The notes: generated by a model from the letters alone, not told the origin. A DNA stretch of 64,000 bases from Scyliorhinus canicula (GCF_902713615.1 NC_052171.1:2728001-2792000), one strand, 5' to 3'; counted from the first letter of the stretch, positions 1 to 13,278 are shown. Numbers and translations are program-made.

Positions 1-189
1 AGTGCAGCTCCAACAACACTCAAGAAGTAACCTTTGGCTGAGTGTGTTGCTCCACATAGTGCATAATTGTTTTTAGACAGAATAGACAGAAATCAGCATA
101 ATATCATTGCAGAGTGATCATGTGGATCTTCAAAAATAAACATATTTTGAACTTTACAAAAATGAGAGGTAGGTTTTGTCTTTTATTAT

Positions 190-760
190 TTATTGAAATT
201 CTCTTCTGGGATGTGAATGTCACTGGGCCAACATTTGGGCCACAACTGACCTTGAGAAGGGGATGGTGAGACATCTTCCTGAACTGCAGTCCATGTGGCG
301 TAGGGACATCCAGAGTGCTGTTAGAAAGGCAGATCCAGGTTTTTGAACAGACAACAGTGAAAGAACAGCGATAATAGTCCCAAGCTAGGATTGTCTGTGG
401 CTTGGAGGAGGACATGCAGGTGATGGTGTTCACACATGTCTGCTGAGCTGACAGGTTTGGAAGCAGGCTTGGGAAGTTGCTGGAGTGGATCTTGTAGATG
501 TTACACACTGCTGCCACTGTGTCGATCGTGGAGGGAGTGAATTTTTCAGGTGGTGGAAGGGGTGTCACTGGAGCAGGCTGCTTTGCCCTGGATGATGTTA
601 AGTTTTCAAGTATTGTTGGAGCTGCACTCATCAGTGTTCCAGTACACTCTGATTTGTGCTTTGTAGATGTTACACAGTCACAGGCAGCTAGGATTTCAGC
701 CTTTGCCCTGTTCTTGCCCTCACTGTATTTACTTGTTGCATGGTCAATGATCACTGATAA
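190..760 (-). mobile_element. Old CR1-group (L2/Crack-like) LINE 3' fragment
   Basis: Similar to 52790-54060 in the same orientation and to 51270-52040 in the opposite orientation. Confidence 0.6.
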
Positions 761-1659
761 AAAATTGATCCCTGAGAGTGAAGAAATGTATCATTTCAGT
801 CCTAACAGATCAGCCACTAATCCTACAATCTCTCAGCACCTACCCTATCTTCAGAATTTTGTAAGGAAGTTGCCTCTCATTGTTCCAGATTCCACAGAAT
901 ATAAGCCCAATTTACTCAGTCTCTCATCATAAACAAGCCCCTCATCTCAAGGAATAATTTAGTAAAACCTCAATGTACCACCTCCAATACAAGGAATAAC
1001 TGTTCTTAAATAGAGACCAAAACTGCAGTGCTTCAGATGCAGTCTCACCAACATCTTGTCTAACTGTAGCAAAACCTCTATTTCTGTATTTCAATTCAAT
1101 GACATTGGAGGCTAACACGCCATTTGCTTGCTTAATTGCTTGCTGCACTTTCATGTTGTCTTTGTGTCCGTTGCACAAGCACACAAGTCCCTTTGAGCGT
1201 CGGTTACATGTTTCTCACCTTTGAAAAAAAGGTTCTGCATTTTTATTCGTATGACTAAGTTGAATAATTTCACACTTCCTGACACTATGCTTCATCTACC
1301 ATCTGGTTGTCCACTCACCGAGCCGATCTGCATCTCTCGGCAGTCTCTGTGTCCACCCCACAGCTTACTTGCCACCTAGTTTGTGTCATCAAACTTAGTT
1401 ACATTACTCTCTGCCCCTTCATCCAAGGCATTAATTGAGATAGTAAATAGCCCAGGCTCCAGCAGTATCTTTGTGGTACTCCACCATTCACTGCTGCCAA
1501 CTTGATAAAGCCCTGTTTATTCTCTTAACCAATCCTTGAAGCATAAACTCTCACTTCCATGAGTCCTTCTTTGACCTATTGACATTTTGTGTGGCACATT
1601 ACAGAATACATTTTGGAAATCCAAGTGTACTGCACCCGATTCCCATTTTTCTAGTTACA

Positions 1660-3760
1660 TCCTTGTTTGTACCTTATTCCAAACATGTGTAAAAACATCA
1701 ACATATAAAATACACAGTCCATAAAATCATAGTCCACAGTTTGTACAACTTTTCCCCTTTTAACCCCCTCCCTCACCCCGGTGAACAGTTCCTCAAACAT
1801 CATCATGAACAGCCCCTACTGTATTGTGAAGTTTTACGCTGACTCTCTCAACTCAAACTTAATAACTACCATTGGGTCCGGCCTGACATCCACCCCCACA
1901 ATTTTACATAGCGTCCCAAACACCACTGCCCAGTATCTCTCCAACATTTCGCAACCCAGAACATGTGCACATGATCGCTGGCCCAGCCCACATTTCTCAC
2001 ACTCACCAGCCAACCCACTCATTCTTGCCAGAGTCATATGTACATTATACGCCACCTTAAACTGGTCAAACTCAACCTCGCGCAAGAGGAGGTTGTGTTA
2101 CCCTCTGCATCACCCCTTACCTTAGTCCCCAGCCTATTTCCCCCCCAACTGCTCCTCCCATTTGTTCTTGATCTTCACCCCTGCCCACCCCCGCTCCCAT
2201 AAATCCCCAATCTTGCCCTCCCCCAACTCATCAGAGTACAGCAGTTGCTCCAATAAAGTCTACTCTGGGAACTTGGGAAAACACCCTTTACTCTTTTTGC
2301 ACAACGTCCCTCACCTGCATTTATCTAAATTCATTCCCCTTTGGAAACTCAAATCTCTCCCTCCACTCCTCCAGACCTGCAAATTTCACTCCCGAGTACA
2401 AGTCCCTCACTCTCTCCAGCCCGGCCTCCCTCCACTTCCTCCGGCTTACACCTATGATTCCCACACTGTGGCGTTAACACCAACATCCCCATCAACTTAA
2501 ATGTCTCCTCAGCTTTCCACACCCGGACTGTCGACTGTACTACCGGGCTCCCCTGATACTTCCCCGGAGCTAATGACAGCAGAGCCATCACTATAGCCTT
2601 CAGACTGGATCACCTTCAGTACTCTCCTCCATCTTGACCCACTCCAACGTCCAGAATAAGGCCCAAGGGAGAAAGATCGGGGGAGTCTGGAAAGTAAACG
2701 GGAACATTGGCAGTACATTCATCTTTACCACCTGCACCCTCCCTGTCAATGTCAGGTGTAATCTATACCATCTCTTAAAATCCCTCCTAATCTCCTCCAC
2801 TAATGTTGTCAAATTACACCTGTGCATCGTAACCTATTCCCTCGTCACCTGAATCCCCAAATACCTAAATCTTTCCCTAGCTATTTTGAATGGCAACACC
2901 TCCATGTCCCCCCCCCCCCCCCCAATCCCACCCCACTGCATTCACCAGAAACACCTCACTCTTCCCGACGTTTAACATAAACTGAGAAGGCCACAAACCT
3001 CTCCAATATTCCCATGATCCTATCCATACTCTCCAGTGGTGATGGCACAAACAATAACGGGTCTGTGTACAGCGACACCCAGTAATCCTTGCTCCCACGG
3101 CACTCCGCAGACCTCCTAAGAGTCTTCGTCAAGGGCTCAATTGCCAGGGCGAACAACAATAGCGACAGTGGACACACCTGTCTTGTTCCTCTATGCAGTC
3201 CAGAACGCTGTTATCTCATCTCATTTGTATGTACGCTTTCCACCAGGGCTACATACAATAACCAGACCACGAATATCGAACAAAACCGAAACCTACTCAA
3301 AATTTCAAATAAGACCCTCCACTCCACCCAATCGAGGGCCTTCTCCACATCTATAGAAACAATAACCTGCCCCCCTGATTGAGTCATAACCACACTTTAC
3401 AGCCTCCTGTTTTGCTGGAGAGCTACTGGCCCTTTACAAAATACATTCGATCCTCAGCGACCTCCCCTGGCACACATCATTCCATCCTCCCCGCCAACAA
3501 CGTAGCCAGCACTTTCAGGTACATATTCAATAACAAAATGGGCCTATATAACCAACACTCCCAATGGATCTTTCCCCTTTCTTTGGTATTAGCATGATCA
3601 ACACCTGTGTCAATGCCTCTGGCAACTCCCCCCTTCTCCAACGCCTCACTAAACATCCCCAATAAATGCAGTGCCAACTCTGCCACAAACACCTTATAAA
3701 ATGCCCTCTCGCCCTCTGTAACTGCCCCACGCCTTTACCATTGTCAACATATTAAACTGC
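1660..3760 (-). mobile_element. L1/Tx1-type LINE, decayed ORF2 3' part
   Basis: Frameshifted RT motifs (DVEKALDWVEW, QECPLSLLLFALAIEPL, VSLYTD), C-terminal CEKCG...HV zinc knuckle and 3' UTR. Confidence 0.85.
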
Positions 3761-3829
3761 CCCTCAACCTCTTCCTGTCAGCGTAGTAATAATCTCTAAC
3801 CTGTGATCAACTATGTCAAGCATGACCTT

Positions 3830-6012
3830 AACGGGCAACAAAGGAGATTACAATGGGATGAGAGAAGAGCTAGCTAAGGTAGACTGGGAGCAAAGACTTT
3901 ATGGTGAAACAGTTGAGGAACAGTGGAGAACCTTCCAAGCGATTTTTCACAGTGCTCAGCAAAGGTTTATACCAACAAAAAGGAAGGATGGTAGAAAGAG
4001 GGAAAATCGACCGTGGATATCTAAGGAAATAAGGGAGAGTATCAAATTGAAGGAAAAAGCATATAAAGTGGCAAAGATTGGTGGGAGACTAGAGGACTGG
4101 GAAATCTTTAGGGGGCAACAGAAAGCTACTACAAAAGCTATAAAGAAGAGTAAGATAGATTATGAGAGTAAACTTGCTCAGAACATAAAAACAGATAGTA
4201 GAAGTTTCTACAAATATATAAAACAAAAAAGAGTGGCTAAGGTAAATATTGGTCCTTTAGAGGATGAGAAGGGAGATTTAATAATGGGAGACGAGGAAAT
4301 GGCTGAGGAACTGAACAGGTTTTTTGGGTCAGTCTTCACAGTGGAAGACACAAATAACATGCCAGCGACTGATAGAAATGAGGCTATGACAGGTGAGGAC
4401 CTTGAGAGGATTGTTATCACTAAGAAGCTAATGGGGCTAAAGGTAGACAAGTCTCCTAGCCCTGATGGAATGCATCCCAGAGTGCTAAAAGAGATGGCTA
4501 GGGAAAATGCAAATGCATTAGTGATAATTTACCAAAATTCACTAGACGCTGGGGTGGTCCCGGCGGATTGGAAATTAGCAAACGTGACACCACTGTTTAA
4601 AAAAGGAGGTAGGCAGAAAGTGGGTAATTATAGGCCAGTGAGCTTAACTTCGGTAGTAGGGAAGATGCTGGAATCTATCATCAAAGAAGAAATAGCGAGG
4701 CATCTGGATAGACATTGTCCCATTGGGCAGACGCAGCATGAGTTCATAAAGGGCAGGTCGTGCCTAACAAATTTAGTGGAATTTTTTGAGGACATTACCA
4801 GAGTGGTAGATAACGGGGAGCCAATGGATGTGGTATATCTGAATTTCCAGAAAGCCTTTGACAAGGTGCCACACAAAAGGTTGCTGCATAAGATAAAGAT
4901 GCATGGCATTAAGGGTAAAGTAGTAGCATGGATAGAGGATTGGTTAATTAATAGAAAGCAAAGAGTGGGGATTAATGGGTGTTTCTCTGGTTGGCAACCA
5001 GTAGCTAGTGGTGTCCCTCAGGGATCAGTGTTGGGACCACAATTGTTCACAATTTACATAGATGATTTGGAGTTGGGGACCAAGGGCAATGTGTCCAAGT
5101 TTGCAGACGACACTAAGATGAGTGATAAAGCAAAAAGTGCAGAGGATACCGGAAGTCTGCAGAGGGATTTGGATAGGTTAAGTGAATGGGCTAGGGTCTG
5201 GCAGATGGAATACAATGTTGACAAATGTGAGGTTATCAATTTTCGTAGGAATAACAGCAAAAGGGATTATTATTTAAATGATGAAGTATTAAAACATGCT
5301 GCTGTGCAGAGAGACCTGGGTGTGCTCGTGCATGAGTCGCAAAAAGTTGGTTTACAAGTGCAACAGGTGATTAAGAAGGCAAATGGAATTTTGTCCTTCA
5401 TTGCGAGAGGGATGGTGTTTAAGACTAGGGAGGTTATGCTGTAATTGTATAAGGTGTTAGTGAGGCCACACTTGGAGTATTGTGTTCAGTTTTGGTCTCC
5501 TTACTTGAGAAAGGACGTAGGGTGTGCAGAGGAGATTCACTAGGTTAATCCCAGAGCTGAAGGGGTTGGATTATGAGGAGAGGTCGAGTAGACTGGGACT
5601 GTACTCATTTGAATTTAGAAGGATGAGGGGGGATCTTATAGAAACATTTAAAATTATGAAGGGAATAGATAGGATAGATGCGGGCAGGTTGTTTCCACTG
5701 GCGGGTGAAAGCAGACTAGGGGGCATAGCCTCAAAATAAGCGGAAGTAGATTTAGGACTGAGTTTCGGAGGAACTTCTTCACCCAAAGGGTTGTGAATCT
5801 ATGGAATTTCTTGCCCAGTGAAGCAGTTGAGGCTCCTTCATTAAATGTTTTTAAGGTAAAGATAGATAGCTTTTTGTAGAATAAAGGGATTAAGGGTTAT
5901 GGTGTTCGGGCTGGAAAGTGGAGCCGAGTCCACAAAAGATCAGCCATGATCTCATTGAATGGCGGAGCAGGCTCGAGGGGCCATACTCCTGCTCCTAATT
6001 CTTATGTTTATG
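3830..6012 (+). mobile_element. 5'-truncated CR1/HER1-like LINE (RT ORF 3813-5444, premature stop)
   Basis: PSPDGMHPRVLKE, NYRPVSLTSVVGK, QKAFDKVPH, GVPQGSVLGP, SKFADDTK; premature TAA then a frameshift; CR1-type tail. Confidence 0.95.
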
Positions 6013-6686
6013 TAACCTCAAGGTGGAAGGTCAATACTGAATACACTCCAGTAACATGTGTGGTAAAATGGCCAGCTGGCTTAATCAAGGCCCAATATAG
6101 AATTGGACATTTTAAATTAAACCACAGTCACAACTACAGACAGGTCTGATAGAAATTCGAAGAGCCAAGTTTGAATATTCTGGACAGACAGCCAGGCAAC
6201 TCTGGACTTGCCCTGTAAACAAGACATTGGAAGATAATCAGTTCCATGCAAATGGATCAATTGTCGTGGATTACCCAGACGAAGCCAGATCTTTTGGCAC
6301 CTAGATCACCTACAGGAGGTATCTGGAGATGGGCATCTGGATGGGTGGGTTCCTGGTGTCCTGCAGAGCTGCAAGTGGCAATTCCATTGGGTGTTGCGAC
6401 CCCCACCCTGTGACCTCATTGACTGAGGGCCAGAGAACTTTCTGAAAAAGCATGAAGAAGGGAATAGGAATTGACCACCAGGACCTTCCCCAGTGAAGAC
6501 TTGATGCAGAATCAGCAGAAAAGATTAGACGAACGACCAAAAACATAAGCAAGTAGTGTGCGAGACCCACCTTCACGGACATAGACCCGGATACAACTGA
6601 GACTCAGAGAGTCCATAGCTCGACTGAGTTCATCCGCACATGTAGTATTATGTATCTTGGGATTATTATTATTGTTGTTTGGGATA

Positions 6687-7012
6687 GGGTGGCACAGTGG
6701 TTAGCACTGCTGCCTACAGTGCTCCACACCCGGGTTCAATCTCGGCATTGGGTCACTGTCCGTGTGGAATTTACACATTCTGCCAGTATCTGCATAGGAT
6801 TCATCCCCACAACCCAAAGATGTGCGGGTTAGGTGGATTGGCCATGCTAAATTGCCCGTAGTGTCCTAATAAAAAAGTAAGGTTGGGGGGGTTGTTGGGT
6901 TACGGGTATAGGGTGGATACGTGGGTTTGAGTAGGGTGATCATGGCTTGGCACAACATTGAGGGCCGAAGGGCCTGTTCTGTGCTGTACTGTTCTATGTT
7001 CTATGTTCTATG
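6687..7012 (+). mobile_element. HE1-like tRNA SINE with CR1-type tail and (TTCTATG)n
   Basis: A/B-box head GGTGGCACAGTGGTTAGC...GGTTCAATC, shared core and tail GGGCCGAAGGGCCTGTTCTGTGCTGT. Confidence 0.85.
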
Positions 7013-7236
7013 TGCAGGGTAGGTGGATTGGTCACGCTAAATTGGAAAAAAATAATTGGGTACTGTAAATTTATTTTAATGATTGTTTTGGATAATTTAA
7101 GGGGGGGGGGGAGGGAAGTGACTGTTTGACTGTGTTTAGTAACAAATTTGGTTGAATCATAAACTTGTATTTTCCCTTTGTTCATCTTGTAAATAAGGGC
7201 ACCTGGGTAAAACATTTGAGAAATAAACTGGTTGAA

Positions 7237-7640
7237 TGTGAGAGTACCTTTAAGAAATTGGTGTTTATCAGCGATGTCAGAGTGTGGGTGAGCTGGGCTG
7301 TCTGTCAGCTTTCTACTTTTGTTTTAGGCTGTTTGCTGCAGGGCGTGTTTTAGTTTTGTTTTCAGTGTGGGAGCTGAAGCCAGACAAAGCAGGTGTACTG
7401 CTGTTCTCTCTGCCATGAAAAGACTGTCTCTGCATTCAGAATTATAAATGTTCTCAGTAGTGAATATAAACCTAATGTGCTTCTGTCAAAAGGTGTTTTT
7501 TTGTCTTCTGGATGTTGTTTGGGAAGTTATTAAGGATTACTTAGTGTTGTATTTGAATTGATGGTTGCGAAGATGTTCACTGTATGTTTTAAAAAGGTTA
7601 ACTTGAGTTCATAGAATAAACATTGTTTTGCTTTAAAAAT
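7237..7640 (+). mobile_element. LTR-like element
   Basis: Starts TGTGAGAGTACCTTTAAGAAAT; AATAAA near the end; homologous to 38750-39006 on the opposite strand. Confidence 0.55.
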
Positions 7641-7657
7641 ACTTTTTTTTTAAACCA

Positions 7658-7836
7658 GGGGCTGGTTTAGCTCACTCAGCTAAATCACTGGCTTTTAAAG
7701 CAGACCAAGCAGGCCAGCAGCACGGTTCGATTCCCGTACCAGCCTCCCCGGACAGGCGCCGGAATGTGGCGACTAGGGGCTTTTCACAGTAACTTCATTG
7801 AAGCCTACTCGTGACAATAAGCAATTTTAATTTCAC
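7658..7836 (+). mobile_element. Short tRNA-derived SINE, family 2
   Basis: GGGGCTGGTTTAGCTCAC head, GGTTCGATTCCC B box, tail GACTAGGGGCTTTTCACAGTAACTTCATTG; near-identical copy at 32923. Confidence 0.85.
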
Positions 7837-9307
7837 TTTTCCATTTCTGCTGTACCACACCTGTAGAGTGGGCCATGTGCTCCCCATCCCACAATCTATC
7901 AAAAGTTGTGGGTCAGGTGACCTCCATGATACACTTTGGGGTTCTCTAAACCCTGGCCCAGTGTCTGAGGTTTCACAGACAACTCAAAAAGCAACTTCTC
8001 TCCTAAGAAAGATGAATATTTAATTTAAAACCTAACAAAATAGGAAGTGAGTGAAGTTGCAAGTAGCACTGACTCATACCGTGACTGGCCTTCAGCTCAC
8101 AAGTCACAAGGCCTTGTGATTATCATGTGAAAGGTATATTATTTAGACAGTTTCTGACCTTCACATTTATAATGTTCTTCACATTTATTGCTCAGCCAAA
8201 ATACTGAAAAACACTTAGTTAAATTGACAATGATTATGTATTGACAATGTTCTGGATATGGATCAACAGACCCTGGAACTGAGCAGGAACCATTGGTGGT
8301 ATTATTCAAAGGTTTACCTATGCGCCCCAAGATTCAAACTTGTAACTCGGTGCACACATTTATTTCTGGAAGACATTCACTCTCTTTCCAGCATCTTCAA
8401 AGAACTCTGGAAGCAGCATTTCCAATACTTATGAGCTAAATTTTCCAGAGCATGAACAATCATTTCAGAGCTCAGGTAAAAAAAAATCTTTTCATTTAGA
8501 TGTTGGGCCACTACAGCGCACTTATAAAACTTTATGCTAAGAAATAAAATTTAATTGTGTGCAATTCAGATGTTCGATGCACAAATGTTATTTTCCATTC
8601 GACATGGAAAGGCAAAAGCAAATAAGGGCATTACAGTGTCAAACCACATGAAAGATGTGTTAACAACACAGTATGCCTCATCTTTTAAATTAATTCTGGC
8701 AAGAGGCAAAGGCTGTCAGTCATCACCCAAAAGTCTCAATCCAGTTTGTAGCGAGTCGTGGTATTTGGAGTGAATTTGACTAGAGTACAATGCTTTACAC
8801 CGGAGCATCATTCCAAAAAAAAACTATCTTCCCAGCGTTTTCGTTTTGAATTAGTTTATTATATTGTGAGCGATTCACTCAGTAGCCCAGTTACCCAAAA
8901 TATGATTTATCCTTTATTTAGTTGACACCAGCTCGAAACAAGTGAACAAAAATCATTGCAATGTTGGCGAACTTAAAAATAAACGTTTTCGAGTAAAGCA
9001 CTCGGCATCTGCACAAGAGAAAGGACACATTAACCATTTTCATCCCAATATTACTAATGCTTCTGTATCGTCTGATCGGGAAACCACGCAACAACAAAAA
9101 TGGCATTGCAGTTACGGTAGAAGTTTAAAATTCACCTTGTTATGTTCATCGAAAAGGGTCACCCAGTTACTTGAGCGCGCAATGATTTGTTGACCATGGA
9201 GAAAGTCAGAGGGACTGAAAGTGAGCTCCATACCTGTACAGTAGGATTTCAGTCATACTTAAAGGCAAGTAAAGCACAAGTTCAATCACAGGTTAATGGA
9301 GACCTAC

Positions 9308-9421
9308 CATTCCTGCCAGCTCTACGTCCTGATCGTCTGTTAGTATTAGTACGATATTCCGCCTTACACAGTGCCCGAACGAAAAGGACAGGATCAGGAA
9401 CAGAAACGCTGCCAATTTCAT
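9308..9421 (-). CDS. First coding exon of a GNS-like (N-acetylglucosamine-6-sulfatase family) sulfatase; remaining exons not found in the window
   Basis: MKLAAFLFLILSFSFGHCVRRNIVLILTDDQDVELAGM then GTAGGT donor. Hydrophobic signal peptide plus the N-terminal sulfatase motif NIVLILTDDQD. Phase-0 exon end after G-M matches my recollection of GNS exon 1. Orthology not established. Confidence 0.82.
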
Positions 9422-9599
9422 GATATCAGATGGAAGAGGAGCAGCAGCTCGGAGCGCTGGAGGGGGATGGATGTTCAGGAAAGCCTAATGGGTGAACAGC
9501 TCAAAAGGCATCACACACACTGATCTCCAGCAGCTGGACTTTCCTGGCCTTTTAACTTTCTGCTTGGCTGATCGCACAGAGAAGACAGAAGGTACATGT

Positions 9600-9790
9600 G
9601 ATCGACAGGCTACCCGACCAATCACATCGTCAAAAAATCTATTAGTCTTCCAATGTCCTTGCTGACTTGCCGCTTCCGTGCTCTATTAGCATAAAGGGGC
9701 GCGGTCAGAACAAGAAAGTTATCCCGGAGTTTGTATTCGCAACTTCACAATTGTGAAACACTCCACTTCCTGGTGGCCATTTTTAATGCA
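9600..9790 (-). promoter_or_regulatory. Candidate promoter of the GNS-like gene
   Basis: CpG-enriched unique sequence upstream of the minus-strand ATG with CCAAT, ETS-like CTTCCG/CTTCCT, a GC-rich GGGGCGCGG and YY1-like GGCCATTTT motifs. Confidence 0.4.
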
Positions 9791-10164
9791 AATCTTTAAA
9801 AAAAATTGAATTAATGATGGCACTAATAAGCCTCACATAATAAATTTAACCTCCTCTTTCTGCAAATTTTTCTCCCTTATGTCTCCTTTGTGTCAATATC
9901 TGTCTAATTCTGCTCCTACGAAGTGCCTTGGGATGTTTTACTACATAAAGGCACAATGTTGTTATCAATGTACTCAAAACAATCAAAAACATTCATACTC
10001 CCTTTGCTTTTGCAACAAGTGGCCAAAGCACTCCTATGTAAGTATCAGGATCACATAGAGCCAATGACTGCCTATATTTGAATTTGATTGTCATTCTTTT
10101 ATACTGCTTGTAGAACTTTACATACAAATTTTGATTTATTTAATAAGGACACAGGAAGTCTACA

Positions 10165-12850
10165 CCGAGTAAATCGGGATCTCACAGTAGGTGGCGAGAA
10201 ACCCAACCCATATCCAAAGTCCTTCATCAGCCTCTCCAGCGAGTGCCCATGCTGGCACCAATTAGTATTCCTTTTTAAAAATGTGAAGGGCTTCAATGGG
10301 GTGCCGATGTGGTGAGTAGCTATCTTTGCTCACAGGCAAAGAGCCCAAGGCGCTGGGCTTGCCACCCCAGTGCTTGGCGGGGGCTGGGGACTCTCCGCAG
10401 GGTGGGCTGCCATGGGAAGGTGTGGAGAGGCACTGGGGGGCAACCGGGGGAGCAACCGCTCGCGGCTCCTCCATGCTATCTCCTGGACCATGTTCCGGGT
10501 GCCACCCGTGTCCCTGCCATTCTGTCCCACTAGACATGCAGAACCCCACACACTGCTGAGGCCTCTGGCCATGCTGCTGAAGGTTATTGCTAATAGGGAA
10601 TAATTGGCAATCGTGATTAAGTGAGCACCTCACACAACGCAAGCTATGGTCTGCACCATCGGGTCGAAGCCCTCGGTGATATTCCTCAGTGGCTGGGACA
10701 TGCTCTGCAGTTTTCGACAATGCTCACCTGTGACTGGGACAAGCTCTGCCATGGACATTCCCATCTGAGAGCGGGACATATCCCGCAGAACCTTTTCAAG
10801 GTCAGCCTGGGCCACATCCCCCAACAAGACAGATATTCTGTCAAGACCTTCAGACATGGCCATCACCGACTGTGCGATGCCTTGGATGCCTTCACTAATG
10901 GTGCTGATGTCGCACACCAGGTTCTCCACTGCGGTTGCGCCTGCAGCCTCTGGGACTCCTGCAATTACCCATGGATCTGGTGGAATGTCGCTGATATCAC
11001 GCTCTGAATGTCCTTACTGCTGTCTGTCATCTCCAACAGCTCCAGGATTACAGGAGGTAGTGCGATATATCTGCTGGACCGTGGCGTACCTGGCACTGCT
11101 GCGGAATGGAGGAAAGACATAGGCTCCCAATGGCTGTCAAGGTGACGGTCACCCTGAACTTTTATGGCTCCTTCCAGGTGCTGAATGGGGATCTGTCCGG
11201 GATCTCACATAGCTCAATGCACATGTGCACCTGCACCTTCACGGAGGGCCTACATGCCCTGTTGGCACAATATATCTATTTCAATGTGGACCGAGCCCAC
11301 CAGCATGCCCGGGCATGGGGTTTACTGCCAACCCGGGTCCAGGGCATGATCGATGGGATGCATGGCCCCTACGAGCACCTGTGGATGACAGACTGCTCTT
11401 CACAAACCTAAAGGGGTTCAACTCGATGAACGTGCAGCTGGTGTGTGACTATCAGATGCGCATCATGCTGCCAAGGATGGGGAGGACCCTGCTACAGAGG
11501 CAGCGGAGGGAGGGGGGGGGGGGTTGCCAAACTTGCTTCATTATTATTGGGCGGTGAATGTGGACAAGGTGCGATGGTGGTGGGAAGGAGAAGGGGTAGA
11601 GTGGGTTAGTATGGAGGAGGAATCTTGTAAGGGGTCTAGTTTGAGGGCTATGGTTACGGCAGCATTGCCAATGGCTCCGAGTAGGTATTCAGGGAGCCCA
11701 GTGGTGCAGTCCACGGTGAAGATATGGAATCAGCTGAGGAGGCATTTTTGGGGTGGAAGGGATGTCGGTGCTAACGCCGCTGTGCGAGAATCATGGGTTT
11801 GAGCTGGGGGGATGGATAGTGTATACAGGAAGTGGAGGTGGGGCTGGTCAAGGTGAGGGATTTGTATTTGGAGGAAGGGTTCGCCAATCTGGACGAGCTA
11901 AGGGAGAGGGTAGAGCTGCTGATGAGTTGTGAGTTCAGGTATCCACAGGTTAGGGACTTTGCACGAAAGGTCTGGAAGGGGTTCCCTAGATTGGGAAGAA
12001 TTGTGGATATTTACAAGTGGCTGGGGGAGCAGGGAAGCAAGCAGGTGGTGAAGATCAAGGAGAAATGGGAAGCGGAGTTGGGAATGGAGATCAATTGGGG
12101 AGTATGGAGTGAGGCACTGCAAAAGGTAAACGGGACCTCCTCTTGTGCAAGGATGAGCCTGATACAGTTCAAGGTGGTGCACAGGGTGCATAGGACTCAG
12201 GCGAGAATGAGTGGGTTCTTTCAGGAGGTAGCAGATAAGTGTGAGAAGTGTGGGCGGGGGCCAGCGAATCATGCGCACATGTTTTGGGGTTGTGAAAAAT
12301 TGGGAAGATTCTGGGCGGGAGTGTTCACGGTTGGGATATTTGGGGTTCCAGAGAAGCCGGAGCTCATGGAGAGGAGGGAGGCCGATGTCATGGCCTTCGC
12401 CTCTCTGATTGCACGGCGGCGAATTTTGCTGGAGTGGCGGTCAGCATTGCCACTGGGGGTAGCAACATGGTTACGAGTTCCTGCGGTTAGAGAAGATAAA
12501 GTATGAGTTAAGGGGCTCAGCAGGGGAGTTTGAGAAAAGGTGGGGGATGTTTGTGACCGTGTTTGAGGAGCTGTTCGTCGGTGGGGGGGGGGTGATGGGG
12601 AGGGGGGTGAAAAAGGAGGAACATCTGTACACACTGTATAGTTGATTGTTGGGAAGAATGTTTCCCGGGATGTTTATTTGCTGTAACTACTTTGATACAA
12701 GTTTGAATAAAATGTGTTTTAAAAAAAAGATGTGCATCATGCACGTTTGCACCTGATACCTGGGGAACTGCGTTGGGCACCAATCAATTTGCGATTTAAC
12801 TGGCCAGTCCCCATTGGCAAGAACTGAAATCCGCTGTGGCGTGGCAAGAA
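10165..12850 (+). mobile_element. Decayed PIF/Harbinger DNA transposon (transposase about 11100-11468 and 12743-12775), interrupted by an L1-type insertion
   Basis: RLPMAVKVTVTLNFY..GISHSS..QGMIDGMH..KGFNSMNVQLVCDYQMRIM|HVCT*YLGNC; opposite-strand coiled-coil-like remnant at 10630-10929; outer ends approximate. Confidence 0.75.
11469..12727 (+). mobile_element. 5'-truncated L1/Tx1-type insertion with 15-bp TSD
   Basis: ORF2 C-terminus (LIQFKVVHR, CEKCGRGPANHAHMFW), AATAAA and A-tail; TSD AGATG(C/T)GCATCATGC at 11454-11468 and 12728-12742. Confidence 0.92.
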
Positions 12851-12867
12851 ACTAATAATCGGCAATA

Positions 12868-13153
12868 ATAATAATAATAATCTTTATTAGTGTCAAATGT
12901 AGGCTTACATTAACACTGCAATGAAATTACTGTGAAAAGCCCCTAGTCGTCACACTCCGACACCTGTGCGGGTGCACTGAGGGAGAATTCAGAATGTCCA
13001 ATTCACCTGACAAGTCTTTCGGGACTTTTGGGAGGAAACTGGAGCACCATGTGTGAACCCACGTAAACACGGGGAGAATGTACAGACTCCGCACAGACAG
13101 TGACCTGAGCTGGGAATCAAATATGGGTCCCTGGCGCTGTGAAGCAACAGTGC
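12868..13153 (-). mobile_element. HE1-like SINE with family-2-type tail
   Basis: HE1 core joined to GACTAGGGGCTTTTCACAGTAATTTCATTGCAGTGTT...(ATT)n tail. Confidence 0.75.
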
Positions 13154-13278
13154 AAACTTATTCCTCCAAATGGCCATTGCAAGACCTGAGAAGACTAGAT
13201 TAAAAAAGGTAGGGAGAAATATCCTAACGATATGAAAAAGATTCTGTGTTTAATATTGATCAGAAATGTCATAGAAAA

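Noticed and set aside
104-932. ORFs 104-754 (-) and 498-932 (+) as host genes
   Set aside because: They overlap an old LINE 3' fragment and lack a coherent domain or splice structure. Most other short ORFs in the track are likewise TE-derived or antisense shadows.
6010-6650. Possible LTR or other repeat after the CR1 tail
   Set aside because: It starts with TGTAAC, but no clear CA end, TSD or second copy could be identified.
6687-6760. tRNA genes at SINE heads
   Set aside because: A/B boxes are present, but there is no complete cloverleaf and each continues into a SINE core.
8060-9193. Possible further exons of the sulfatase or another gene (ORFs 8139-8330, 8555-8773, 8942-9193)
   Set aside because: No recognisable motif (the expected TPLxKT and CCPSR exons are absent anywhere in 1-9300) and no convincing splice pairs.
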